The position numbers were made by a program, and so were the translations under genes. From Thermococcus kodakarensis KOD1 (GTDB lineage Archaea; Methanobacteriota_B; Thermococci; Thermococcales; Thermococcaceae): DNA of 32,000 nucleotides. This document shows positions 15,851-27,224 of the stretch, piece by piece (within the stretch, counting starts at the first letter, position 1; each line of letters begins with the position of its first letter). Under the pieces are notes generated by a model. The model was not told the origin of the DNA and ran no database searches. It saw only the letters and a list, made by a program, of their open reading frames with translations. The stretch lies in assembly GCF_000009965.1 (NCBI RefSeq), contig NC_006624.1, positions 1,620,001 to 1,652,000 on the forward strand, written 5' to 3'.

Positions 15851-16831
15851 ATGAGGGAACTGAGGTTCAATCCCCTAACCGGGCAGTGGATAATGGTCTC
15901 AGCGGAGAGGAAAAAGCGCCCCTGGCGACCCAAGAACTTCTGCCCCTTCTGTCCTGGCACTGAGGAGACCGGCTACGGCTGGGAAGTTCTCCTCCTTCCA
16001 AATCGCTTCCCGATGCTCTCCTTCGAGGCCCCTAAGCCGGAGAAAGTTGAGTTCTACAAAAAGGCGAGGGCCATTGGCCAGTGCAGCGTAATAGTCGAGA
16101 CGCCGGAGCACGGGCTGAAAGACCTCGACGAGCTTTCCAGGGAGGGGATGGTAAAGGTCGTGGAGCTGTGGAAGGAAGCAACCAGAACCCTCAGAGAAAA
16201 CAGGCACATAGCCTACGTCGCCATATTCAGAAACAAGGGCGAGGAGATTGGAGTGAGCCTCCACCACCCCCACGGCCAGCTCTACGCACTCCCCTTCATT
16301 CCGCTCAAGGTGAGGCTTAAGATCGAGAACTCCCGGAGGCACTTTAAGAAACACGGCGAGTGCCTCTTCTGCAGGATCCTTGAGGAGGAGCGGAAAGGAG
16401 GAAGGGTGATCTACGAGAACGATAGCTTCGCGGTCTTCCTCCCATTCTTCGCGAGCTGGCCGTTCGAACTCCACGTCTATCCGAAGAGGCACGTCCAGTA
16501 CCTGACCCAGCTCGACGGGAAGGAGAGCGAGGACCTGGCAGATGCAGTAAGGGCAACCACCGCAACGCTCAATGCCCTTTTCGACAGGGGGATGCCCTAC
16601 ACGATGATGATATTCCAGGCGCCGTTCAAGGGGAGGTATCCATTCTACCACCTCCACATCGAGTTCTACCCGATCCTTAGGGACGCAAACAAGGTGAAGT
16701 TCGCGGCCGGAATAGAGATGGGCACCTGGGAGTTCACGTACGATTCAGTTCCAGAGGAGAACGCCGAGAGGCTGAAGGAAGCCTGCGGAAAGATAAAGGA
16801 AGAAAAGGGGCTAATTGGCAGGTGCCTTTGA
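15851..16831 (+). CDS. galT: galactose-1-phosphate uridylyltransferase
   Basis: It has the Zn-site CPFCPG and the active-site HHPHGQ (HxHxQ). The 326-aa length is typical of archaeal GalT. The 3' end overlaps the convergent MFS gene by 21 nt. Confidence 0.9.
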   Translation: MRELRFNPLTGQWIMVSAERKKRPWRPKNFCPFCPGTEETGYGWEVLLLPNRFPMLSFEAPKPEKVEFYKKARAIGQCSVIVETPEHGLKDLDELSREGMVKVVELWKEATRTLRENRHIAYVAIFRNKGEEIGVSLHHPHGQLYALPFIPLKVRLKIENSRRHFKKHGECLFCRILEEERKGGRVIYENDSFAVFLPFFASWPFELHVYPKRHVQYLTQLDGKESEDLADAVRATTATLNALFDRGMPYTMMIFQAPFKGRYPFYHLHIEFYPILRDANKVKFAAGIEMGTWEFTYDSVPEENAERLKEACGKIKEEKGLIGRCL

Positions 16832-18144
16832 AAGGAGCTCTTCTGCCCTCTTCTTTAATATTGCCTTCACCGCGTCCCTGTCCTCCGGGTAGGTCTTCTT
16901 TATCCAGAGCCACGTGAGGGCGCAGGGTATCCAGAAGAGCGCGCCTATGAGCAGTGTGTACTGGTAGGCGAGGGGCTTTGAGTAACCCATGCCCCTCAGC
17001 CACTCTATCATCAGGCCGCCGAGGAGCGGGCCGGTGGCCTTTCCGACGTTGTCGAGGATGTTGAAGAGGCCGAATATTGTACCCCTGTCCTCCGGAAGGT
17101 TGACCTGTGAAACTATCGCCCTCACGTTGGGCCCGGCGTAGGACACGAACTGGATGAAGAGGAGCGAGTAGACCGCTATGAAGGCCCAGTCCTTGGCTGT
17201 GAGCTGGGAGGGAAGCGGGTAGAGGATTATGCCTATCGAGGCCAGCATTCCAATGAAGATAGCCGCCCCGGTCAGGATGGCTCTTCCTCCTCTCCACCGT
17301 GCCTCGAAGTAGTCGCCGAGGAACCCTCCCATTAGGCTTCCGAGGACGCTTGAGATGCCGATGATAAGGAGCACGAAGGTGGAGGTTGTCTTGTCCATTC
17401 CCCTCGTTACCTGGAGGAAGGAGATGAGCCAGTACATTATGATGCCCCACGGAACCGTTCCGATGATTCCCTGGAGGAAGATGAGCTGGTTTGTCTTCGT
17501 CTCAAAGGACTTCTTGACAGCTTCCCAGCTTATTCTGTACCTGTACTCGTAGCCCTTCTCAAGGACTTCTCGAAGCTCCTTTTCACCCTCGCCCCTCTTG
17601 GGCTCCTCCGCTATGAAGTAGAAGAGCGGTGCGAGGATGAAGTTGGGAACGGCGGCTAGGATAAAGGGAAGCCTCCAGCCGGCTATCATTCCGGCCATTA
17701 TCATTCCGAGGAGCGTACCAAAGCCGAAGGCCGTCTCCATGTAGGCGTAGCCCCTTCCCCTCTTGGACTCCTCGAACATGTCAGCTATGAGGGAGTAGCC
17801 TATGGGGATTATGGAGCCTATTCCTATTCCCGTGAGGAAGCGCATGGCCAAGAGCTGCCAGTAGTTCGTGACGTAGGCAGTGAGGAAGCACGGGATTTCG
17901 CCCAGGAGCACGCCTATGACGAGGAGCTTCTTCCTCTGCTTTATGTCCGACAGAAATCCCCAGATTATTGTTATCAAAGCGCTCGTTGCCACGAATATTG
18001 ACGATACAAGCCCCATCTTGGCTTCGCTTATTCCGAACTCCTCCATTATCAGCTGGTAGTTAGGGGGTAGGAGATTCTGGTCGGCCATCAAAAAGACGGC
18101 CATCAGGACAAGCAGGGCTATTGAGACCTTTCTCCTTAAATCCC

Positions 18145-18163
<19 letters not shown>
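16811..18163 (-). CDS. major facilitator superfamily (MFS) transporter
   Basis: 450 aa with 12 TM segments and MFS motif A GFLSDIKQRKKLLVIG. The start overlaps the galA stop by 19 nt, which indicates translational coupling within a galK-galA-MFS operon. Confidence 0.85.
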
Positions 18164-20297
<2,134 letters not shown>

Positions 20298-20400
20298 TCA
20301 ACTTTTCACAATAATAAGCTTTTCTGAACAGTCATATTCATAAATTCGGAGTCCAGAAGAGAGCATTAACAAAACGTTCGCAGTTGAGCATCGCGGGGTT

Positions 20401-20405
20401 AAAAA
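20401..20405 (-). terminator. oligo-T tract (reverse strand CCAGTATTTTTAACC) just after the membrane-protein stop
   Basis: This T5 run lies 7-11 nt downstream of the TAG stop at 20412-20414. Confidence 0.4.
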
Positions 20406-20411
20406 TACTGG

Positions 20412-21032
20412 CTAATCCCTCCCCAAACCGAAGGGGTACCTTCTCTTTTCTACCACCCACCACCCGAAGAGCGCTCCCAGAGTATCCATTAGGAGATCGC
20501 GGAGCTTGTTGGTGAGGCTTTCATGGATGAAGCTTATCTCGCTCTCGCTCAGCTTTTCAGCCACTTCCCAGCCGAGGGAGAGGACGTAGAAGACGATGAA
20601 GGTGTAGAGGACAACCTGTCTCTTGGAGAGTTTGATTCCAATCCCCTCAAGTTCTGATAAAATCTGAGCAACGATCAGCCAGACCGTTAGGCCGCCGAGG
20701 AAGTGGCTTATCATGTCGGCGTTTCTCCAGTCTCGATGGAAGAGGTCGTAGTGGGTGAAGGGCACGTTCACGAGGGAGACGTGGACGGCTATGAAAATCC
20801 CGAGAACCGCCATCGTCCTCTCGTCGTAAACGGGGGAGAGGAAGGGTTTTACTTTTTCAGGGGGATTCAGGAGCTTCTTGGGAAGAACCAGCGGAATAGA
20901 GAGACCGAGAATAGCTACGATAGTGCGGTATATGTGGTCGCTCCTTCCGTTGATGACGGCCGTCAGAAAGCCCAGGAAGACAACGAAGATCGAGCCCTTT
21001 ATTATCGCCCTCTCCCTGGTTATATACACCAC
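20412..21032 (-). CDS. integral membrane protein, function unknown
   Basis: 206 aa with 5-6 hydrophobic helices. It starts 23 nt downstream of the DUF460 gene on the same strand, so it is probably cotranscribed. I cannot assign a family confidently. Confidence 0.55.
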   Translation of the reverse strand: MVYITRERAIIKGSIFVVFLGFLTAVINGRSDHIYRTIVAILGLSIPLVLPKKLLNPPEKVKPFLSPVYDERTMAVLGIFIAVHVSLVNVPFTHYDLFHRDWRNADMISHFLGGLTVWLIVAQILSELEGIGIKLSKRQVVLYTFIVFYVLSLGWEVAEKLSESEISFIHESLTNKLRDLLMDTLGALFGWWVVEKRRYPFGLGRD

Positions 21033-21055
21033 CGGCCTATTTAGAACCTCAGAGC

Positions 21056-23020
21056 TTAAAACCCTTCCCTCTTCCTCCGCTTCTCCCCCTCAAGCTCCTC
21101 CCTGGCCTTCCTCTCCAGTTCTCTGGCCCTCTCAATTCTGTACTCCTCGACCAAACGGAGCAGTTTTTCCGCTTCCCTCTCGCGGTCTTCCTCTTCCCAT
21201 CTCTTGAGAAGCTCCTCAATAGCTTTCTCAAGCGTCTCCCTCTCAACAACGGCAAACTCATCCACCCTCTTGACGTCAAGCTCCTCGCTCGTGAAGAACG
21301 GTAGGTGGGCCTCACGGAGAACTTCTTTCACAACTTCGGGCAGAGGCTTTTCCGTTATTATGGCCCTTATCCCCTTCTCAACGAGCTCCTCAGCTATCGC
21401 CTTCCCAGCTCCAGCAGGGTTTATCACGAAGAGCACATCACCCTTCCTTAAGCCGACTTCTCGCTCTATCCTATCCAGCTCACCCCAGCTAAGAACCCTG
21501 AGAACTTTAAGTGGAACCGCCGAGCCGCGAACCTCTACCACGTTCATCCTCTTTACCTGGACTAGATCCCTGCTCAGCCTCTCGATGACGGCCTTCGCTT
21601 CCCTCAGCTGTTTTTCAAGGACTTCAATGCGCCTGACCTTCGCCTCCAGCTCCCGCTCGCGCAGAACCTTTCTTCTCACCTCCTCGTCGTAGTCGGCTAT
21701 CTTCCGCTCAAGCCTTCCTATCGTCTTCCTCTGCTCCTTGATTATCTCCCTCAGCTCTTCGTTCTCCCTCTCAAGGAGCTCAATCCTTCTCTCAAGCTCA
21801 CGTATCCTCTTGAGATAGGGCTCGGCATCGAAGCTTTTCTCTGTCTCGGGCTCTTCCTTCTCTTCTTCCTTTTTTCTCTCCCTCAGGGTTACCCTCTGCA
21901 TCGCCTCCCCAAGGTTGTAGCCGGCTATTACGAGAGCCTTGACCTCGTCGGACTTCTTAGTCAGACCGGCTTCTCTCAGGCGGGCATCAATGTGTTCCAG
22001 CTTGGGCTTTATCCTCAGGTAGGCTTTGTATGCAGCTGCCAGAGCATCCCGCTGGTGGTCATCGTCAACGGTTATTCCCAGATCCCTTAGGAGTTCGTTC
22101 TTCTCCTCCACGCGGAGGCTCTCCCTAGGGACGAAGAGCTGGGCCTTGAAGGAGCGGGCTATCTTTTCCACGAAGCCCGGAGCTGGAGAAACGTCCGTTG
22201 CTATTATAACCGGGTGTCCAATCTCGCTGATGAAGCGGAACACCTCTCCGACGGGCATGTTCCTCTCGCTGTGGAGAGCAACTATTCTGCCGTCGAGATC
22301 TATCGCCGCTATCCCAACGGTTATCCCGGGGTCTATGCCAACTATGATGCTCTTCCTTTCCCGTATTGCCTCCTCCTTTTTCAGCGGAGCGAAGCCGAGT
22401 TCAGCCCTCTCGACGGGCTGAATTCTGACCTCGACATCTCCACCCCTCATCGGTCTTATAAGGCCGGCGAGCTCCTCCCTGCTGGCGTATACCCTGAACT
22501 CGCCCCTGGCCAGCCCGTAGTCCTTCTCTTCGGTCTCAAGGTCGAATGGTATATCCGCCCTCCTAAGCCTGTCCTCTATCTCCCTCACCTTGTCCCTCAC
22601 GAGGTTGTGAACGCGTTTCCTGTACCTATCCTGACTCCAGCCGCCCTTCCCGTGGCTCCTGCCGCGGGTTACCTTCACAATCACCTCGTCCTCGAAGGCG
22701 AGGACTTCATAGCCGACTCCTTTGCTCGCTAGAAGAGCCGCTACTTTGGCCTCCTCGTAGGGGTCAAAGCGGTCGCCAGTCCTTATCCCGTGCTCCTTGG
22801 CGAGGCTCTGGAGGGTCCTCTGCTCCCCAGGCTTTCCAGTGACCTGGACGAGCTTTGTTCCTGGTGGGAGGGCGCGCAGAAACTTCCTTAAATCATCACC
22901 AAGTTCGGTAACACTGTCAATGGCAACAATATCCGGCCTTTTAGCCTGAATGAAGCGGATTAACCTGTAGAGTGTAAACTCACCCTTTCTCTCAAGCTTT
23001 CCGTTGAACCAGCTCACCAC
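21056..23020 (-). CDS. DUF460 / COG2433-type archaeal protein (predicted RNase H-fold RuvC/YqgF-like nuclease with long coiled coil)
   Basis: The central IIVGIDPGITVGIAAIDLDGRIV...VIIATDVSPAPG resembles the RuvC/YqgF first strand plus a later acidic residue. An E/R/K-rich heptad region of about 120 aa follows (LERRIELLERENEELREIIKEQRK...). The open frame continues upstream to 23074 (LILILGLDVVGENPKRFAV) without a canonical start codon; see findings. Confidence 0.75.
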   Translation of the reverse strand: MVSWFNGKLERKGEFTLYRLIRFIQAKRPDIVAIDSVTELGDDLRKFLRALPPGTKLVQVTGKPGEQRTLQSLAKEHGIRTGDRFDPYEEAKVAALLASKGVGYEVLAFEDEVIVKVTRGRSHGKGGWSQDRYRKRVHNLVRDKVREIEDRLRRADIPFDLETEEKDYGLARGEFRVYASREELAGLIRPMRGGDVEVRIQPVERAELGFAPLKKEEAIRERKSIIVGIDPGITVGIAAIDLDGRIVALHSERNMPVGEVFRFISEIGHPVIIATDVSPAPGFVEKIARSFKAQLFVPRESLRVEEKNELLRDLGITVDDDHQRDALAAAYKAYLRIKPKLEHIDARLREAGLTKKSDEVKALVIAGYNLGEAMQRVTLRERKKEEEKEEPETEKSFDAEPYLKRIRELERRIELLERENEELREIIKEQRKTIGRLERKIADYDEEVRRKVLRERELEAKVRRIEVLEKQLREAKAVIERLSRDLVQVKRMNVVEVRGSAVPLKVLRVLSWGELDRIEREVGLRKGDVLFVINPAGAGKAIAEELVEKGIRAIITEKPLPEVVKEVLREAHLPFFTSEELDVKRVDEFAVVERETLEKAIEELLKRWEEEDREREAEKLLRLVEEYRIERARELERKAREELEGEKRRKREGF

Positions 23021-23186
23021 CGCAAACCTTTTTGGATTCTCGCCGACGACGTCAAGCCCTAGGATTAGAATGAGTCATCACCTTCACCGGAAACTTCGGA
23101 CGTGACCTTAAAAGTTTAGGGGGTTTGAAAATCAAACCGATAGGGTCTTTAAGGTTGAATGCGTAGAACTATAGTGGTGAATCCCA

Positions 23187-23513
23187 ATGAAGCTGAGGAT
23201 AGTGTTCGACAAAGAATACGACATAATGAATGGAACCTACAAGGTAAAAGTTCGGGAGCTTGAGTTCGATGAAGAACTCCAGGAGATACTAAAGGGTATC
23301 ACGCCGACCGTCAGAATAGGCGAGGAAGATCTCCCGATATCAGAGCTAAAAGGAAGGGTCTTTGAGCTTCCGAGCAAGGACGCGGCAGAAAGATTGATGG
23401 GGGAAATAAGGGGAGCACTGGTAGAGGCCCTCAGCGGAATAATAGCAAGGTTTAGGGAAGCCCAGAGCTTCAACGGCTCGGTCTCCTACGAGATAGACTT
23501 CAACGAGCTTTAA
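23187..23513 (+). CDS. small conserved-looking hypothetical protein (108 aa)
   Basis: It has a clean ATG with GGTGA upstream and coding-like composition. I do not recognise a family. Its stop overlaps the convergent pcp stop. Confidence 0.5.
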   Translation: MKLRIVFDKEYDIMNGTYKVKVRELEFDEELQEILKGITPTVRIGEEDLPISELKGRVFELPSKDAAERLMGEIRGALVEALSGIIARFREAQSFNGSVSYEIDFNEL

Positions 23514-24130
23514 TAACCTTCTCGGGTCAAATCCTCAAAAACCATTTTAATCGCGATTTCTAGGCCTTTTCTGATGGTTTCAAGCGCCATGGAAGGCCTC
23601 GGCTTGTCGAGGGCCTGCTCATGGCTGAAGGGAACATGGATGAAACCTGCCTTTGTCGTCATTCCTGAAACTTCTATGGTATGAAGGGCGGTGAACATGG
23701 CTGCGTTGCATACGTAGGTTCCAGCGGTGTTTGAGACCGCCGCTGGAATCTTAGCTTCTCTGAGAGCTTTGACAATGGCCTTTACAGGAATCGTCGCAAA
23801 ATATGCCGCCGGAGCGCCTTCAAAGACGGGTTCGTCCTCTGGCTTGTAGCCCTCGTTGTCTGGCATAGTTGAGTCCATGACGTTGATCGCGACCCTCTCA
23901 ACTGTTATGTTTGGCCTTCCGCCCGCCTGTCCAGTTAGGATGACTGCGTCGGGACGTTCCTTGACGATCAGTCTCGGAAGAATCTCCCTCACACCGCTGA
24001 AAGTCACCGGGAGCTGGAACTTGATAATATCCGCGCCCTCAATCTCATTCGGAAGCCCCTTCACGGCCTCCCAGGAGGGGTTTATCTCCTCACCGCCAAA
24101 CGGCTCGAAGCCAGTAACTAAAACCTTCAT
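23510..24130 (-). CDS. pcp: pyrrolidone-carboxylate (pyroglutamyl) peptidase I
   Basis: From ATG 24130 it reads MKVLVTGFEPFGGEEINPSWEAV. The catalytic Cys context is GTYVCNAAMF and the catalytic His context is FIHVP. It matches the Pyrococcus/Thermococcus Pcp layout. Confidence 0.9.
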   Translation of the reverse strand: MKVLVTGFEPFGGEEINPSWEAVKGLPNEIEGADIIKFQLPVTFSGVREILPRLIVKERPDAVILTGQAGGRPNITVERVAINVMDSTMPDNEGYKPEDEPVFEGAPAAYFATIPVKAIVKALREAKIPAAVSNTAGTYVCNAAMFTALHTIEVSGMTTKAGFIHVPFSHEQALDKPRPSMALETIRKGLEIAIKMVFEDLTREGY

Positions 24131-24160
24131 CTGAACCACCAGAAAGGTTAGGTTTTTAGG

Positions 24161-24170
24161 GTTTTAAAAC
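24161..24170. promoter_or_regulatory. palindromic TATA element GTTTTAAAAC shared by the divergent pcp and reductase genes
   Basis: This is the only A/T-rich element in the 61-nt divergent spacer. It lies about 35 nt from the pcp ATG (24130) and about 27 nt from ATG 24192. Confidence 0.45.
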
Positions 24171-24191
24171 CACCCCATCCGAGGGGTGAAG

Positions 24192-25307
24192 ATGAAGTAC
24201 GATGTCCTCATAATCGGCGGCGGTCCCGTTGGAAACTACCTGGCGTCTCTTCTCGCGAGGGACTTTAACGTTGCCGTCGTTGAGAGAAAAACCTCCTTCG
24301 GCGGAAAAGCCTGCACCGGAATAATAGGGGCCGAGAACTACGAAAGACTCGGACTCCCAGAAAAGGCCGTTCTGAACCAGCTAAGGGGAGCGGTCTTTTA
24401 TTCGCGAATACAGAGCTTTGAAATCCAGAGAAAGTCCCCCCAGGCCTATGTCGTTGATAGAAAGACCCTTGAAAAAGAGCTGGCCAAAAGCGCGGTAAAG
24501 AAGGGAGCCGACTACTTCATGGGAACGACCTTCCAGGGCTTCAAGAACGGGAAGGCCGTACTGAGCCACATGAACGAGAGGCTTGAGGTAGAGGCGTCCT
24601 TCTATGTCGGTGCAGACGGGGTCGCGAGCACGGTGGCGAAGAACATTGGGGCATCGACGAAGGCAGAATTCCTGACCGGATATGAGATCGAGGTCGTGGG
24701 GGAGTTTGAAAGGACAGATTTCACTGAAGTATGGGTGAACAAGGAGATAACGCCCAAGTTCTTCGCGTGGGTAACTCCCGTCGAAGACGACCTGGCGAGG
24801 GTGGGAACCTTTGGAACCCTAGACGAGCTAAACAGGTTCTTAAGGGTTAGAATGCTTAAACCTACTTCCTCCATTGAGTTCAAAGCTGGCAGTGTCGGTC
24901 TCGGCTGGAGAAAGCCATGGATCAGGGAAAACGTTGCCCTTATTGGGGACGCCGCACTCCAGATAAAGCCGACGACCGCCGGCGGAATCGCCTACGGAAT
25001 GCTCTGCGCTCATGCCCTCAGAAAGGCACTCATTGAGGGCGCACCCGAGAGGTACTGGAACTACTGCTCATGGGTGAGAAAGCAGATAAGCTTCGGCCTG
25101 AAGTTCAGGAAGCTGTTCCTCGGACTCGACCAGGAGGCCATTGAAAAAATATTTGAAGTCCTGAAGAGCGAGGAGGCGAGGGAAGTCATAGAGAGCCAGG
25201 CGGACTTCGATGACCACTGGAGGACTGCAAAGGCCATACTGAGAAAGCCGAGCCTTCTGGCGAGGCTTATAAAGGTCAGCCCGTCCATAATCAGGGCACT
25301 GCTGTGA
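24192..25307 (+). CDS. FAD-dependent geranylgeranyl-reductase-family oxidoreductase
   Basis: It has the Rossmann motif YDVLIIGGGPVGNYLA..VVERK, plus GKACTGII and LIGDAALQIKPTTAGGI (GDAA...P.tG.GI). I prefer ATG 24192, preceded by GAGGGGTGA, to GTG 24186. Confidence 0.8.
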   Translation: MKYDVLIIGGGPVGNYLASLLARDFNVAVVERKTSFGGKACTGIIGAENYERLGLPEKAVLNQLRGAVFYSRIQSFEIQRKSPQAYVVDRKTLEKELAKSAVKKGADYFMGTTFQGFKNGKAVLSHMNERLEVEASFYVGADGVASTVAKNIGASTKAEFLTGYEIEVVGEFERTDFTEVWVNKEITPKFFAWVTPVEDDLARVGTFGTLDELNRFLRVRMLKPTSSIEFKAGSVGLGWRKPWIRENVALIGDAALQIKPTTAGGIAYGMLCAHALRKALIEGAPERYWNYCSWVRKQISFGLKFRKLFLGLDQEAIEKIFEVLKSEEAREVIESQADFDDHWRTAKAILRKPSLLARLIKVSPSIIRALL

Positions 25308-25316
25308 GGTGAGAAG

Positions 25317-25670
25317 ATGGCCAGATGGAAGATGGGCCTCCAGGAGGAGTACCTGAGGGCGATAGCCGAGGGAAAGAAGAAAATCGAGGGCAGGCTGTAC
25401 GACGAGAAGAGGCAGAAAATCAAGCCCGGAGACGAGATAGTCTTCGAGAACAAGCTCGTATGCGTCGTCAAGGACGTCAGGGTCTACTCTTCATTCAGGG
25501 AGATGCTGGAGAAAGAGGGCCTTGAGAACGTCCTGCCTGGGGTCAAGAGCATTGAGGAGGGCGTGAAGGTTTACCGGAAGTTCTATTCAGAGGAGAAGGA
25601 GAAGAAGTACGGCGTTGCGGCGATAGAGGTCGAGCCGGTTGCGTGGATAAGCGAGGAGAATAATCCCTAA
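25317..25670 (+). CDS. ASCH-domain (PUA-like) protein
   Basis: The 117-aa protein reads LQEEYLRAIAEGKKKIEGRLYDEKRQKIKPGDEIVFEN...YGVAAIEVEPV. This is the typical ASCH beta-barrel pattern. Confidence 0.7.
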   Translation: MARWKMGLQEEYLRAIAEGKKKIEGRLYDEKRQKIKPGDEIVFENKLVCVVKDVRVYSSFREMLEKEGLENVLPGVKSIEEGVKVYRKFYSEEKEKKYGVAAIEVEPVAWISEENNP

Positions 25671-25696
25671 AACAACTTTGGGGGCATTGAGAGGGT

Positions 25697-27224
25697 ATGA
25701 AGCAAAAATTAGCTGCTTTGATTCTCCTCCTCTTTGTCACTTCAGCTCTGTTCTCACCGGTTCTTGGTGGCAGTGAGACACAGATGAGAAGGATATCCCA
25801 TTTCTTATGAGGAATACCGGACGAGAACCCTCTACTCCTACCCATGGGACATCACGGAAGGCCTCTCGGGATGGAATGTCTTCAGGGACAACGAGAGCTT
25901 TTACTTGGCATGCCTGAAGGTTATAGCCCTCGCGCGGAGCGGCTATCCGCGGAACTCTTCCGAGTTTCTGGAGCTCGTTGAGTGGATAAAATCCCGGCAG
26001 AGGGGAGATGGTTCGTTTCCCGCGGTGATAACGGACGACTACCCTGAATCTGACTCGGAGTGGTTCTACTGGGAGCTTTCAAAGGCCGCCGGAACGGGGC
26101 TCGCTATTTTAGCCCTTCTCGAAGCGGGGGAGAACCCGAACTCCAAAGAGATAGAGGAAGCCGCTCAGTTCCTCCTGAAGAACGAAAGCAAGAACTACTG
26201 GACGAGCACGGTGTACCTGTACTGGGAGAAAACGGGACTTCACAAGGTAAACGAGTCGCCCAGCATAGTTGCCACTGCCTACGCCGTGGCGGCGCTATCG
26301 AGGCTCGGCTACAACGTTTCCCGGGAATGGAAATGGCTGAGGGAAAGGCTAACACGGGAGAGGCTCATAACCCCGTATCTCGACAACTTCTTCACGGGTT
26401 TCCTCTTTCCGATGCCGTACAGAGACATGAGGGCACCCTACGAGAGCATAGTTTTACCCCTCCTATTTCTCAGAGAAGAGAACATGACGCTACCGAACGA
26501 GACGCTTGAGTTCATAGCTTCACTGTTCGAAGAGACGCAGTACGCCGGAAACGCAACTTTGAGGCTGAGCTTTAAGAGAGTCACCAACTACACTGTGAAA
26601 GAGCTGGAGTACAGCATAAACGGCTGTGAAGTTAGAGAGGAATGGAAAGGCAGTGGAGAGAAAGCCAGCATTGACCTCAACCCAGGCCCATCTAAAAATA
26701 GCAGGGTATTTCTAATCATTTCTGGGGAGCCGCTTCTTTTAAATGAGTCGGGCTTTTTTAAGGGGAACCAAAGGTTGTACCCCCACCTTCCCGAGGACTA
26801 CATTGAGTTCGTGGGAGATTTTTACGCTGAGAGAAGCGTTCTTCAGTTCGAAGACGGAAGAAACTACGCGATAATCGAAGTTCCAGCCCTCGATGGCTCG
26901 TGGAACCACGACGTTTACTCAACGGCAATGGCCCTGATGTGGCTGTACCTCGCTGGAAAGAAAGACAACCACACCGAAGAAGTGCTTCGGTTCTTGGAGC
27001 TTGCAAGTTCCAAAAACACCATGGCTTTTGATGGCAGTGCTTACGCCCTGATATCGCTGAGCCTCTACAGTGGAGAATGGGAGAACGAACAGGCGACAGT
27101 TGAAAAGGAACAGAGCTCCCAACACCAGCTCCCACTGAAATTGCTGGCGGTTTTCATCCTTGGACTTCTGATAGGAGCGCTCGTGGGCGTTAAAATTGGA
27201 ATGACAAAAAAGAAAAGAAGTTAA
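25697..27224 (+). pseudogene. secreted, C-terminally membrane-anchored alpha/alpha-toroid (prenyltransferase / terpene-cyclase-like repeat) surface protein; frame broken between signal peptide and body
   Basis: ATG 25697 opens MKQKLAALILLLFVTSALFSPVLGGSETQMRRISHFL* (stop at 25808-25810). The body frame is open from 25788 (EGYPISYEEYRTRTLYSYPWDITEGLSGWNVF..). It continues through the RQRGDGSF and DGSW toroid-repeat motifs to a C-terminal TM plus basic tail, LKLLAVFILGLLIGALVGVKIGMTKKKRS. Both frames are open across 25788-25807, around a CCC run. Confidence 0.7.

Noticed and set aside
15801-15863. ATGATGA (15801-15807) followed by GTGATCA and CTGA (about 15859) resembling C, C' and D boxes
   Set aside because: The spacing is wrong (about 51 nt between C and D, with no credible D'). 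The element spans the galT TATA box and start codon, so it is more simply promoter and coding sequence.
24161-24170. GTTTTAAAAC considered as a SurR-type GTT-N3-AAC site
   Set aside because: The spacing is N4, not N3. The element is better explained as a shared palindromic TATA box for the divergent pcp and reductase genes.
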